Shown here: piece by piece, positions 17,308 through 24,417 of the stretch
How positions within the stretch are numbered: the first letter of the stretch is position 1
Layout: every line of letters begins with the position of its first letter
DNA from: a virus
Taxonomy: Duplodnaviria; Caudoviricetes
IMG/VR virus record: IMGVR_UViG_3300047272_000198
Span: 1 to 24,799 of that record
Reading direction: 5' to 3' (one strand)
Length of the DNA stretch: 24,799 bases
Position numbers and translations under genes: made by a program
The notes under the pieces: model-generated
What the model was told of the DNA's origin: nothing
Database searches by the model: none
What the model saw: only the letters and a program-made list of their open reading frames with translations

Positions 17308-17442
17308 ATGCGGCTGCTCAGGCCGCTTACAAATACTGACAAGGCTCCAAAGCAACGGAAGCGGCCGCCGGACTACGGCGACAGGAAACGCGTCGAAAAA
17401 GAAAAGATGAAGCGGGCGCGTCGAGAAAAGCGCAGCAAGTGA
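17308..17442 (+). CDS. Putative small highly basic protein (44 aa)
   Basis: My translation is MRLLRPLTNTDKAPKQRKRPPDYGDRKRVEKEKMKRARREKRSK. It starts 4 nt after the Rz stop and is below the ORF-track cut-off. Confidence 0.4.
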   Translation: MRLLRPLTNTDKAPKQRKRPPDYGDRKRVEKEKMKRARREKRSK

Positions 17443-17509
17443 TTCCGCGTGTCGTTTGCGTGTCGTTGCAACCACAATCTACGACACCCAAAGACAAGAG
17501 CGAAACAAA

Positions 17510-17522
17510 CAAGCAATTGATT
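17510..17522 (-). promoter_or_regulatory. IHF binding site in attP
   Basis: The reverse strand reads AATCAATTGCTTG, a perfect match to WATCAANNNNTTR, between the arm repeats and the core. Confidence 0.65.
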
Positions 17523-17546
17523 TTGGGCGTGTTACGCCGCGTGTGA

Positions 17547-17572
17547 TGGCGGAGAGGGTGGGATTCGAACCC
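17547..17572 (-). other. att core: 3' end of a tRNA (probably tRNA-Ser)
   Basis: The reverse strand reads GGGTTCGAATCCCACCCTCTCCGCCA: T-loop, acceptor 3' strand, discriminator G and CCA. No 5' half is present. Confidence 0.85.
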
Positions 17573-17620
17573 GCCATCACGTTGCAAAAAATTTGAGTCC
17601 AAACAATTACATAAGAGCAA

Positions 17621-18781
17621 CTACCGAACAGCGCGTGTCGCTGACGTGTCGGGAATCCATTTCCCGTACACCTTGAAAATCATTTCGACCGTCTTGTGTC
17701 CCATTTGCTCCTGCACCCACCAAGGATTCGCCCCGCTCGAGAGTAGCGTACTGGCAAACGTGTGCCGCGTTTGATACGGGTTCCGGTAACGTACCTCTGC
17801 GGCTTTGATAGCGGGCAGCCAGAGCGATTTTCTGATCTGCTGGTCGTCTGATAAGGGTAGGTTCGTGCGCGGGTTGTGGAACACTCTATTGCCCTGCAAT
17901 AGCGTCCACGATTTCTGCCCCTCGAGCGCAGCGTAGGCCGCATCATCGAGCTGCACCCGCCGCGTACCGGCCAGCGTCTTTGTGCCTTTCTCAGTTTTCT
18001 CCACAACCGCAACGCGGACAATCACGCATCGAGCTTTCCAGTCAACGTCTTTCCAGCGCAAGGCAATCATCTCGGACGTGCGCAAGCCGGTCGCAAAGGC
18101 AAACTGAATGAAGTTCTTGGCTTGTCCGGTTGCGGCAGCAACGATGGCAAGCACTTCCGTAGGGGAGAACGGGTCAACAACGTAGGTCGATTTGGTGGTC
18201 GTCTTGGCAAGCAATCGATCAAGCGCAACCTTGTCGAGCGGATTGGCCTCAATCAGATCGTCGTTTACTGCATCGTCAAGCACTGCGCGAAGTGGGATGA
18301 GAGTGTTGCGCACTGACTTCGATGTGAGCGACAGCTCCTTGAGCCACTCTCGAATTGCGCTAGGCTTTAGGTCGTGTAGCTTGGTTGTGCCAAACCTCGG
18401 ATTGAGATGATGCCTGACCGCTTTGCGGTAGCCGTCCAGTGTGGCTGGACTCATGTTTTTCTTTTCAACTGCCTTGACGCAATCAGCAAGGTACGCATCG
18501 AGCGCGTCACCGATTGTGGTCAGGCCGGTTGCAAGGCCGAATAGTTTTGCCTTCGGTGAATTGGGAAAGTAATCGGAATAGACAAAGATGCCCTTGACGA
18601 TCTTGTTCCGAATCTCCGCCAGCAAGTCAGAGGCGTATCGCAAATTTGCGCTAGTAGAGGGCAGCGCAACTGTCTCTCTACATCGCACGCCCTTGTACAT
18701 GAATTGGACTTGTAAGGTCTCAATGCTTCGATGCTTGCGTATGCTTACGCCACGCTCGCCTTTCTTCCCTGCTCTACCCAT
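17621..18781 (-). CDS. int: Tyrosine integrase with N-terminal arm-binding domain
   Basis: TGLRTSE (R), YQTRHTFAS (HxxR variant), QMGH and YGKW (Y). N-terminal FMYKGVRCRE is an Arm-DNA-bind/DUF3596-type motif. Confidence 0.95.
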   Translation of the reverse strand: MGRAGKKGERGVSIRKHRSIETLQVQFMYKGVRCRETVALPSTSANLRYASDLLAEIRNKIVKGIFVYSDYFPNSPKAKLFGLATGLTTIGDALDAYLADCVKAVEKKNMSPATLDGYRKAVRHHLNPRFGTTKLHDLKPSAIREWLKELSLTSKSVRNTLIPLRAVLDDAVNDDLIEANPLDKVALDRLLAKTTTKSTYVVDPFSPTEVLAIVAAATGQAKNFIQFAFATGLRTSEMIALRWKDVDWKARCVIVRVAVVEKTEKGTKTLAGTRRVQLDDAAYAALEGQKSWTLLQGNRVFHNPRTNLPLSDDQQIRKSLWLPAIKAAEVRYRNPYQTRHTFASTLLSSGANPWWVQEQMGHKTVEMIFKVYGKWIPDTSATRAVR

Positions 18782-18936
18782 TTTTCAACAGCCTCGAGAT
18801 TGACCCATAGGTTTCCATCATCGGCGATCTTGGTCTGCACGCCATCGACAAAGTGACCAGCTCTGCGCTTGGCATGTACAGAGTCGGCCGTCTCGCCTGA
18901 CAGCTCGCAGTATCGTTTTAGCTTTACCCATTTCAT
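18745..18936 (-). CDS. xis: Excisionase
   Basis: 63 aa basic winged-helix-like protein (KWVKLKRYCELSGET...DGNLWVNLEAVEKWVE) overlapping the int start. Confidence 0.85.
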   Translation of the reverse strand: MKWVKLKRYCELSGETADSVHAKRRAGHFVDGVQTKIADDGNLWVNLEAVEKWVEQGRKASVA

Positions 18937-19112
18937 AGTTGTTCCTTTCGTTGTTTATCTTTCGTGTGGCATGTCTCGCATATCCAGCGACGATTTAAGC
19001 CTTTGTTGTACACAACCCAATGACCGCCGGGCAGCGTTACTCGTTGCCTACAGTTCGTGCAGTACCGCAGTGTGTTCTGTCGATAGAACGTCGTTTGTTT
19101 TCCTATCGGCAT
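18933..19112 (-). CDS. Small putative zinc-finger protein (59 aa)
   Basis: My translation MPIGKQTTFYRQNTLRYCTNCRQRVTLPGGHWVVYNKGLNRRWICETCHTKDKQRKEQL has two CxxC motifs. ATGA overlap with xis. Confidence 0.6.
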   Translation of the reverse strand: MPIGKQTTFYRQNTLRYCTNCRQRVTLPGGHWVVYNKGLNRRWICETCHTKDKQRKEQL

Positions 19113-19115
19113 CGC

Positions 19116-19238
19116 TTACCATTTCGCATTGGAGTCATTGTTGTTTTCGTTCCATCGATACACAGCAAGCGCAACAATACCGAGAAAGATTGCAACGCCA
19201 ATCAATGCAGCGCCAATGAATGTAAGTACGGCGCTCAT
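19116..19238 (-). CDS. Small membrane peptide (40 aa)
   Basis: MSAVLTFIGAALIGVAIFLGIVALAVYRWNENNNDSNAKW. ATGA overlap with the upstream ORF. Confidence 0.5.
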   Translation of the reverse strand: MSAVLTFIGAALIGVAIFLGIVALAVYRWNENNNDSNAKW

Positions 19239-19444
19239 AGCTTCGCCTTTCTTGCGGAGAGTTGCCTACATTCATTGCGTGCGTTCGTAGGTATATCGGG
19301 AGAGATTTCCGCAATCCGACAATCGACGCGTTGCTTCTTGCCGCCAGCGCAATTAGCCATTTGCTGAAACATTAGCGCCAACAAAAACACCGCCGCCACA
19401 AACAGCACAGCTAGACTTATCTCGGTGATCGTGTCCTCTATCAT
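19235..19444 (-). CDS. Hypothetical protein with N-terminal TM
   Basis: AGGAG RBS and ATGA overlap. C-terminal DCRIAEISPDIP..RNECR. Confidence 0.6.
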   Translation of the reverse strand: MIEDTITEISLAVLFVAAVFLLALMFQQMANCAGGKKQRVDCRIAEISPDIPTNARNECRQLSARKAKL

Positions 19445-19647
19445 CTTTTCTCCTTATGAAATTTCATCATGTCCGCTTTCAATTGATTGGTTGCTTTCTC
19501 TCCGCGAGCTTTAAGCACTTTCTCCAAATACTCACGTCGTTCGTGCAACGTTCGTATTCGGAGAACATGCTTTGCTTCACACTCGCGTCGCCATTCTTCC
19601 GAGTAGGTATCAACAGATGATTTCGCATCCAAGCTCTGAGGTTGCAT
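19441..19647 (-). CDS. Hypothetical phage protein
   Basis: 68 aa (TYSEEWRRECEAKHVL) tiled between its neighbours. Confidence 0.6.
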   Translation of the reverse strand: MQPQSLDAKSSVDTYSEEWRRECEAKHVLRIRTLHERREYLEKVLKARGEKATNQLKADMMKFHKEKR

Positions 19648-19999
19648 GTACTTCCACTTTCATCATGTAATTGCCGAACTCCTCGACAGAGAGCGACGTG
19701 CTAGACATACCAACCAATTGACCGTCCGGCAAGTCAACGCAGCCAATGAGTTTGCGCTTGTAGAACTCATGCCAAGAGTCAGCACTGTATTGCTTGCCAT
19801 CGACGTATGCGGTGTCTGCTATTTCATTCAAGATTGCCCAATACCGCTTGTTCTGCTCGATAGAACGCTTCGACTTGTACTCGGTAACGGTTACTGCTAA
19901 TGGCTTACCTGCGTTCGCCATCCCTTGCCAATTGGATTTGAGGAACGCCCACAAATTGCGAGCGTGTCCATCATCGCGCAGGACAAATACGCGCTGCAT
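19610..19999 (-). CDS. ninB: NinB/Orf family recombination protein
   Basis: Motifs KRSIEQNKRYWAILNEIA, YSADSWHEFYK and SSTSLSVEEFGNYM. Confidence 0.85.
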   Translation of the reverse strand: MQRVFVLRDDGHARNLWAFLKSNWQGMANAGKPLAVTVTEYKSKRSIEQNKRYWAILNEIADTAYVDGKQYSADSWHEFYKRKLIGCVDLPDGQLVGMSSTSLSVEEFGNYMMKVEVHATSELGCEIIC

Positions 20000-20001
20000 C
20001 G

Positions 20002-20409
20002 TTAGAACGGAATATCGTCGTTCATGTCATCGTGCGAACGCTGCGCTCGAGCGCCGCCTTGAGCTGCATCACCGCTTTGCTTGCCGTCACGCAGAATCTT
20101 GAACTCACGTCCTTGAATGTCGGTGCTGTAACGCTCAACGCCTTCCTTGTCTGTCCACTTGCGCGTGGTCAGTTTGCCGGACACATAAATCAACGTAGCT
20201 TTCTTCACATACTGCTCGATAATTTCTGCTGGCTTGCCGAAGAAAGTAATCTTGTGCCACTCGGTTGATTCTTTCTGTTCGCCGGTTGCTTTATCTTTCC
20301 ATTTCTCAGTCGTCGCTACACTGAAATTGGCGATTGCGTCGCCGCTTGCGGTGTATCTCATCTCAGGGTCTTTGCCTAAGTAGCCGATGATCTGCGCTTG
20401 ATTCAACAT
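20002..20409 (-). CDS. ssb: Single-stranded DNA-binding protein
   Basis: Start at MLNQAQIIGYLGKDPEMRY with AAAGGA RBS. OB-fold motifs and an acidic DDIPF tail. Confidence 0.95.
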   Translation of the reverse strand: MLNQAQIIGYLGKDPEMRYTASGDAIANFSVATTEKWKDKATGEQKESTEWHKITFFGKPAEIIEQYVKKATLIYVSGKLTTRKWTDKEGVERYSTDIQGREFKILRDGKQSGDAAQGGARAQRSHDDMNDDIPF

Positions 20410-20469
20410 GGTGTTTCCTTTCGATACGTTGTTGTTGTAAAAGGTATGTACTGCTTGCTGGTATTCGAC

Positions 20470-20549
20470 CAACACGACTGAGGATTGGAGCCAGTGGTTC
20501 CCGCCAGTGACATGTACTTACTTAAAAAACCCAATCCTCATGCGTGTTG
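20470..20549 (-). other. Long intergenic stem-loop upstream of ssb
   Basis: CAACACG-2nt-TGAGGATTGG ... CCAATCCTCA-2nt-CGTGTTG gives 7-bp and 10-bp stems with a 42-nt loop. Confidence 0.6.
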
Positions 20550-20585
20550 ATGCTGGCTTGTTAGTCACCGCGCCAGCGACGGCAG
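20545..20585 (-). repeat. Intergenic hairpin repeat, copy 1
   Basis: The + strand reads TGTTGA-TGCTGGCT-TGTTA-GTCACCGCGCCAGCG-ACGGCAG, with a GCTGGC/GCCAGC stem. Confidence 0.65.
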
Positions 20586-20587
20586 CA

Positions 20588-20818
20588 TTATTTCTTGATG
20601 TGTGCAGGACGCGGCCACATACCACGCACTTCGCGTTGTGCGCCAAGCAACGTAAGCTCCGATGCAGAGTAGGTATCAAAGTGATGAGACCCATAGCCCG
20701 GCCGCACATAGACAGGCTCGATGTAATGCGGCACATAGGTAATTCCGCGCAAGACAAAACAAGTGACCATCTCTGGTTCTACGCGTTTCTCCGTTAGTGG
20801 TTGTGCTTTGGTTGCCAT
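20588..20818 (-). CDS. Hypothetical protein (76 aa)
   Basis: AAGGGAG RBS before MATKAQPLTEK. Flanked by the two hairpin repeats. Confidence 0.6.
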   Translation of the reverse strand: MATKAQPLTEKRVEPEMVTCFVLRGITYVPHYIEPVYVRPGYGSHHFDTYSASELTLLGAQREVRGMWPRPAHIKK

Positions 20819-20828
20819 ATTTCTCCCT

Positions 20829-20868
20829 TGTTGATCTTGCTGGCTACCGTCACCCGCGCCAGCGGCAG
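20829..20868 (-). repeat. Intergenic hairpin repeat, copy 2
   Basis: The + strand reads TGTTGATCT-TGCTGGCT-ACC-GTCACCCGCGCCAGCG-GCAG, with the same stem and GTCACC loop motif. Confidence 0.65.
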
Positions 20869-20903
20869 TTATAAGGATTGTCCTCGGACGGTTCGTGGAA
20901 TTG

Positions 20904-21407
20904 CTATTTGATGTCGACGCGTTGCTTTCGCTCCAATCGGCAACCTTCAACGATTACTCCCATCTTCATATCTTCTTTGAGCGCCGCCTTGTCCAGTACC
21001 TTTTGCGGTGGCGGTGGCTCGATGTAGTACGAATCAGGAATGACGGCATCCGGCTCGATGACTAGCGACTCGGGATTGTTCTTCACTGATACCTTGAAGA
21101 ACGGACACTCGATTTTGCTAATGCCGGTTCGCTGCATGTTTTCCAGCATGTATTTGCGGATACGCTCGGAGCGATTCTCGAGCGCCTTGCGTCGTTCGTA
21201 CATTTGTTTTTCAGCAGCCTTGATCGCTTCAACGCTTGCCTCGACGTTACGAACAAACATCGCAACGTTCGTCACCTTTTCCTCGAGTGCGCCCGCCATG
21301 CCTTCGAGTGTGTCGGCAATGGTTTGCTCATCAAGGTCTAGGTCTTGCAATCGCTGCATGTCTTGCATGTACTGGTCAGCGATTTGATACAGAGTAAGGT
21401 TGTTCAT
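20904..21407 (-). CDS. Siphovirus Gp157 family protein
   Basis: Motifs LTLYQIADQY, IADTLEGM...LEEKVTNVA, IKAAEKQMYERRKALEN and LDKAALKEDMKMG..VEGCRLER. Confidence 0.88.
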   Translation of the reverse strand: MNNLTLYQIADQYMQDMQRLQDLDLDEQTIADTLEGMAGALEEKVTNVAMFVRNVEASVEAIKAAEKQMYERRKALENRSERIRKYMLENMQRTGISKIECPFFKVSVKNNPESLVIEPDAVIPDSYYIEPPPPQKVLDKAALKEDMKMGVIVEGCRLERKQRVDIK

Positions 21408-21410
21408 GAT

Positions 21411-21548
21411 TTATCCAATAAAGAATCTCGCCGTCTTGATTGCCATGCCAACCCAAAATCCAACGGCAGCGGCAGTCAATGCGAAAACAAACATGATTAC
21501 AAAAACAGCGCTCATGCCTAGCAGTATTTCCTTCGGCTTAATGTTCAA
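21411..21548 (-). CDS. Small membrane peptide (about 45 aa)
   Basis: TTG start after GGAG, reading MNIKPKEILLGMSAVFVIMFVFALTAAAVGFWVGMAIKTARFFIG. Fills the gap in the operon. Confidence 0.45.
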   Translation of the reverse strand: MNIKPKEILLGMSAVFVIMFVFALTAAAVGFWVGMAIKTARFFIG

Positions 21549-21720
21549 TTGCGTCTCCTTCGTGTTGTTCTATGGGTGGTGGTGTGAGCTGCGATTGTGC
21601 TTGCGCGACAATCTTCGGAATCAGGTTTGCTACTTGGTCATACGGAAGCTTGCCGATTGCGGCCAGTACGGTGTTCACTTCGTTTACGTCGAGCGCTATG
21701 TGTACGGTTTGCTGATTCAT
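21538..21720 (-). CDS. Hypothetical phage protein
   Basis: 60 aa (EVNTVLAAIGKLPYDQVANLIPKI) with ATGA overlap. Confidence 0.65.
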   Translation of the reverse strand: MNQQTVHIALDVNEVNTVLAAIGKLPYDQVANLIPKIVAQAQSQLTPPPIEQHEGDAIEH

Positions 21721-21962
21721 TCTTGATTCTCCAATTGAGGGTTTGCTGCGGTTGAAATTATTTGTGCCGTCATGAGCTTTGCTGTCTCTTGCGCAGCCTC
21801 TACTAGTTGCGACGCTAATATCTTGAGAACTTTGTCTGACGTGTCAGGCGATAGGTTGATTTGCACCTTGCCCTTGTTGCCAGCGAATATTGCGCGGCCG
21901 GTGTAGCGACCCTTGTTATCGCCCCACTGATCTAATGAGAGGTCTAACGATTCCAAAATCAT
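21717..21962 (-). CDS. Hypothetical phage protein
   Basis: 81 aa, GAGGAGG RBS, ATGA overlaps on both sides. Confidence 0.65.
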   Translation of the reverse strand: MILESLDLSLDQWGDNKGRYTGRAIFAGNKGKVQINLSPDTSDKVLKILASQLVEAAQETAKLMTAQIISTAANPQLENQE

Positions 21963-22609
21963 GCTGCCTCCTCGGCTGGCTGCGACAGAGCGGCTTTACG
22001 CAGCTCGTACACCTTGGTAAACGTATCGAGCGACGGTTGGTCATTGACTGCTTGAGCTGCGCGATAGGCTTTCTTGAACGCTTCTTTAAGCGACTCAAGA
22101 TCAACCTGCTCCTCAATGGCGCATTTGAAGTCAGCAAACGCACGATCAGGCAACGCGCCAATAGGCTTCTCTTTTGGCTTGACGTTTTCGTGTGTGGTGC
22201 TGTCCGCGTCGTTGTCACCCTCGGTAGGAATGGCAAACGCTTGCATACAGGCGTACTTGTACGCAGCAGACATCGCCTTGTTGGTTGCCTTGTCGGCGGA
22301 ATCCATTGCTTCACCGTAGGTGCGAATGGTGTGCTTGCTGCCATCCTCGGCGCAGACCAAATCAAATTCGGCCTCGACGGTGACGTAGAACAACGTGCTG
22401 CCTTTAGCGGTCACGCGTTCATCGCAGATGCGAGACAACATGCGAGGCAAAATGCACAAGCCACTCTCCGCTAGTAATGGCGCGAGTGCGTTGTACACAT
22501 CATCAATGCCTCGGAAGTTGTAGCCTTGTTGTTGGTTCTTACGGCTCTTGCTGATGCCGTCGTGCGACAGCGCAGCCTGAACCTTGTTAATCGCTGCATA
22601 GACTTTCAT
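21959..22609 (-). CDS. erf: ERF family single-strand annealing protein
   Basis: Start MKVYAAINKVQ after AAGGAG. Motifs QGYNFRGIDDVYNAL, GEAMDSADKATNKAMSAAYKYA and FAIPTEGDNDAD. Confidence 0.9.
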   Translation of the reverse strand: MKVYAAINKVQAALSHDGISKSRKNQQQGYNFRGIDDVYNALAPLLAESGLCILPRMLSRICDERVTAKGSTLFYVTVEAEFDLVCAEDGSKHTIRTYGEAMDSADKATNKAMSAAYKYACMQAFAIPTEGDNDADSTTHENVKPKEKPIGALPDRAFADFKCAIEEQVDLESLKEAFKKAYRAAQAVNDQPSLDTFTKVYELRKAALSQPAEEAA

Positions 22610-22653
22610 GCTCTCTCCTTGGTGGTGTATCAAATGGGAAGTGCTACCTTTTT

Positions 22654-22682
22654 AGGATACTGCTGACCCGCAATCAATGCAA
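22654..22682 (-). promoter_or_regulatory. Putative sigma70 promoter for the recombination operon
   Basis: The reverse strand reads TTGCAT-17 nt-TATCCT with an A-rich upstream tract, in the intergenic gap before erf. Confidence 0.6.
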
Positions 22683-22708
22683 GCACTTTTTGGTAGTTTT
22701 TTAAAGTG

Positions 22709-23087
22709 TTAGCCCGCCTTTGGTTGGCAATCGGTAATTGAAACCCATACGCCCGCGTTGGTTGCATACCGCTTGCTCGCCTTGAGAATGACAATCTGCG
22801 AGTCGTCCTTGTACGCAGTGCCATTCATGGCATCCTCAATTGCCTTGACGATGTTGCTTGTGTCGGGCTTCGATGTAGGAAGAATCCCGCCATTGATTGC
22901 GAATTGTTTTTTCTTCGCTGACCAGCTCGCCGGTACTGGCAGCAAAATCATGAGCCGTCATCCACTTGACGTACATCTCGTAGTCGGCGGTCTTGCTTGG
23001 CGTGTAGCTACGAATCTTTCCGCCTTGTCGCACTACACGCGCTCTTGCTTTGGGTACTGGTGTGCCAGCGATGAAGAACTCGATCAT
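22709..23087 (-). pseudogene. rusA: RusA Holliday junction resolvase, frameshifted (split over two frames)
   Basis: The N-half (GTPVPKARARV...YTPSKTADYE) is in ORF 22836..23087. The C-half (PVPASWSAKKK...KPDTSNIVKAIEDAMNG..YKDDSQIV) is in ORF 22709..22951. The total is 379 nt (3n+1). Confidence 0.8.
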
Positions 23088-23287
23088 GCCAAGCCTCGCC
23101 AGCGGTCGTTCGGCTCTTGTGCGATGAGTGCGCCGTAGAAGTCAGTGCCTTCCGCGACGCTAAACCACACACCATCCCAATGAGCCATGAACAACGAAGC
23201 TTCATCGCCGTCAAAAATGTATTCGTAGAGGCCGATATGCACTGGCGGTTGCCAGTTAGGGTCAAACCATTGTGTTCGTTGTGTCAT
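23084..23287 (-). CDS. Hypothetical phage protein
   Basis: MTQRTQWFDPNWQPPVHIGLYE...WRGLA with ATGA overlaps. Confidence 0.6.
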   Translation of the reverse strand: MTQRTQWFDPNWQPPVHIGLYEYIFDGDEASLFMAHWDGVWFSVAEGTDFYGALIAQEPNDRWRGLA

Positions 23288-23448
23288 TCCTGCCCCCTTG
23301 CTCGGCTGTAATACCCAAGCATCCAAACAATTAAAAGCAAAGCACCCATGTTGAACGCAGCCAAATAGCTGCCTGTTTCACCAAGCCTTGCCGTCATCAT
23401 GTACAAACAAGCGATTAAGCTGACAGCTTTAAACCAGTTTGCTGTCAT
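23284..23448 (-). CDS. Small two-TM membrane protein
   Basis: GGAGG RBS before MTANWFKAVSLIACLYMM. ATGA overlaps. Confidence 0.55.
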   Translation of the reverse strand: MTANWFKAVSLIACLYMMTARLGETGSYLAAFNMGALLLIVWMLGYYSRARGQE

Positions 23449-23798
23449 AGCACCTCCCACAGCGAAACAGGATTGCAATGCACCTTCGGGTCGGTTGCGG
23501 TCGTCCATCCGATCTTGCGAATCAATCCTTCCTTCGCAGCTCGACGCATGATTGCGCCCCATGCGCGGCCATCGGGCGGAGCGGATAGGCCGTCCTTTTC
23601 CGCCCACTGACGGACTTGCTCGCTAGTGATGTGGTCGCGTGTCAGGCTGAACGCTCGTACTGCATCAAGCGCTTGCTCAGACCATTGCGGCGCTACACGA
23701 TCAGCGTGATCGACGGCGCGTCTCATTCCATCGTCGCGCAGGACTTCTGCTATTTTTTTGGTAGTGTTCATGGACGTGCTAAACAGGTCGGGTTGCAT
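23445..23798 (-). CDS. Conserved hypothetical phage protein (possible winged-helix)
   Basis: AGGAG RBS. Motif PPDGRAWGAIMRRAAKEGLI. Confidence 0.7.
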   Translation of the reverse strand: MQPDLFSTSMNTTKKIAEVLRDDGMRRAVDHADRVAPQWSEQALDAVRAFSLTRDHITSEQVRQWAEKDGLSAPPDGRAWGAIMRRAAKEGLIRKIGWTTATDPKVHCNPVSLWEVL

Positions 23799-24417
23799 TG
23801 GCGGCTCCTATCATCTGATTGATTTTCGTTACTTGTGAGGGATTCGATTCAAGCAGTGGATGAGCCGTGATGCCTATTGCCCGCAACGCATTAGGGATGC
23901 GTTCTGGCGCAAGAAACTTGACGGCGTGATCTACTGCAATGCGATTCTTTCGAGTCGCGTCGATCAGTGCAGCTTCGCGCTGGTGCTGATCGCTGCCAAT
24001 ACTCATGAACCATTTGGTCGGTCGCTTCTGCTCTCGAGCAAGGCTCACTAGCTTGGTGTAACACTCCTTGAAGGCCATTCGCGCTGCAATGTGATCGCCT
24101 TCTTGCATCAAAGGCAAAGCGACACCCATTGCTTCGCTCATCTCATCGGTCAAGGCTGCGCTACCGTATTCATCCTTTGGCAGCATTGCCCATGCTTCCT
24201 CGGCTTGCGGCCTTCCATCGTCCAGCCGAGACATGATGTTGCCAAGGGTGACGCGAACGCCGTCGTAACGAATCCGCTTCAATGCACCCATGACGTGATC
24301 GGGATTGAATCCATCCAAGTCATCGGCAAGCATCCTTGCGCCGTTCTCAGACAATTCGCTGCCGGTCAATTCGATGGTGACGGCCAATGCTTTCAAGACT
24401 TCGACGTTGACTACCAT
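23779..24417 (-). CDS. Putative replication protein (helicase loader/inhibitor-like)
   Basis: Motifs LDDGRPQAEEAWAM and IAARMAFKECY. Lies downstream of the initiator-like gene. Confidence 0.6.
   Translation of the reverse strand: MVVNVEVLKALAVTIELTGSELSENGARMLADDLDGFNPDHVMGALKRIRYDGVRVTLGNIMSRLDDGRPQAEEAWAMLPKDEYGSAALTDEMSEAMGVALPLMQEGDHIAARMAFKECYTKLVSLAREQKRPTKWFMSIGSDQHQREAALIDATRKNRIAVDHAVKFLAPERIPNALRAIGITAHPLLESNPSQVTKINQMIGAANATRPV

Larger units (their letters stand above)
17447..17653. mobile_element. attP region: arm-type repeats, IHF site and tRNA-derived core
   Basis: CGTGTCG tandem pairs at 17448/17459 and 17634/17645 (11-bp period), an inverted partial copy at 17482, and the core at 17547-17572. 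Adjacent to the integrase 3' end. Confidence 0.85.

Noticed and set aside
17547-17620. Complete tRNA gene
   Set aside because: Only the T-loop, acceptor 3' strand and CCA are present. The upstream sequence gives no D-arm, anticodon arm or GGAGAG 5' strand, so it is an att core.
17380-17660. CRISPR-like or iteron array
   Set aside because: The repeats are only 7-10 bp, arranged in pairs around the att core. They fit integrase arm sites and have no spacer structure.
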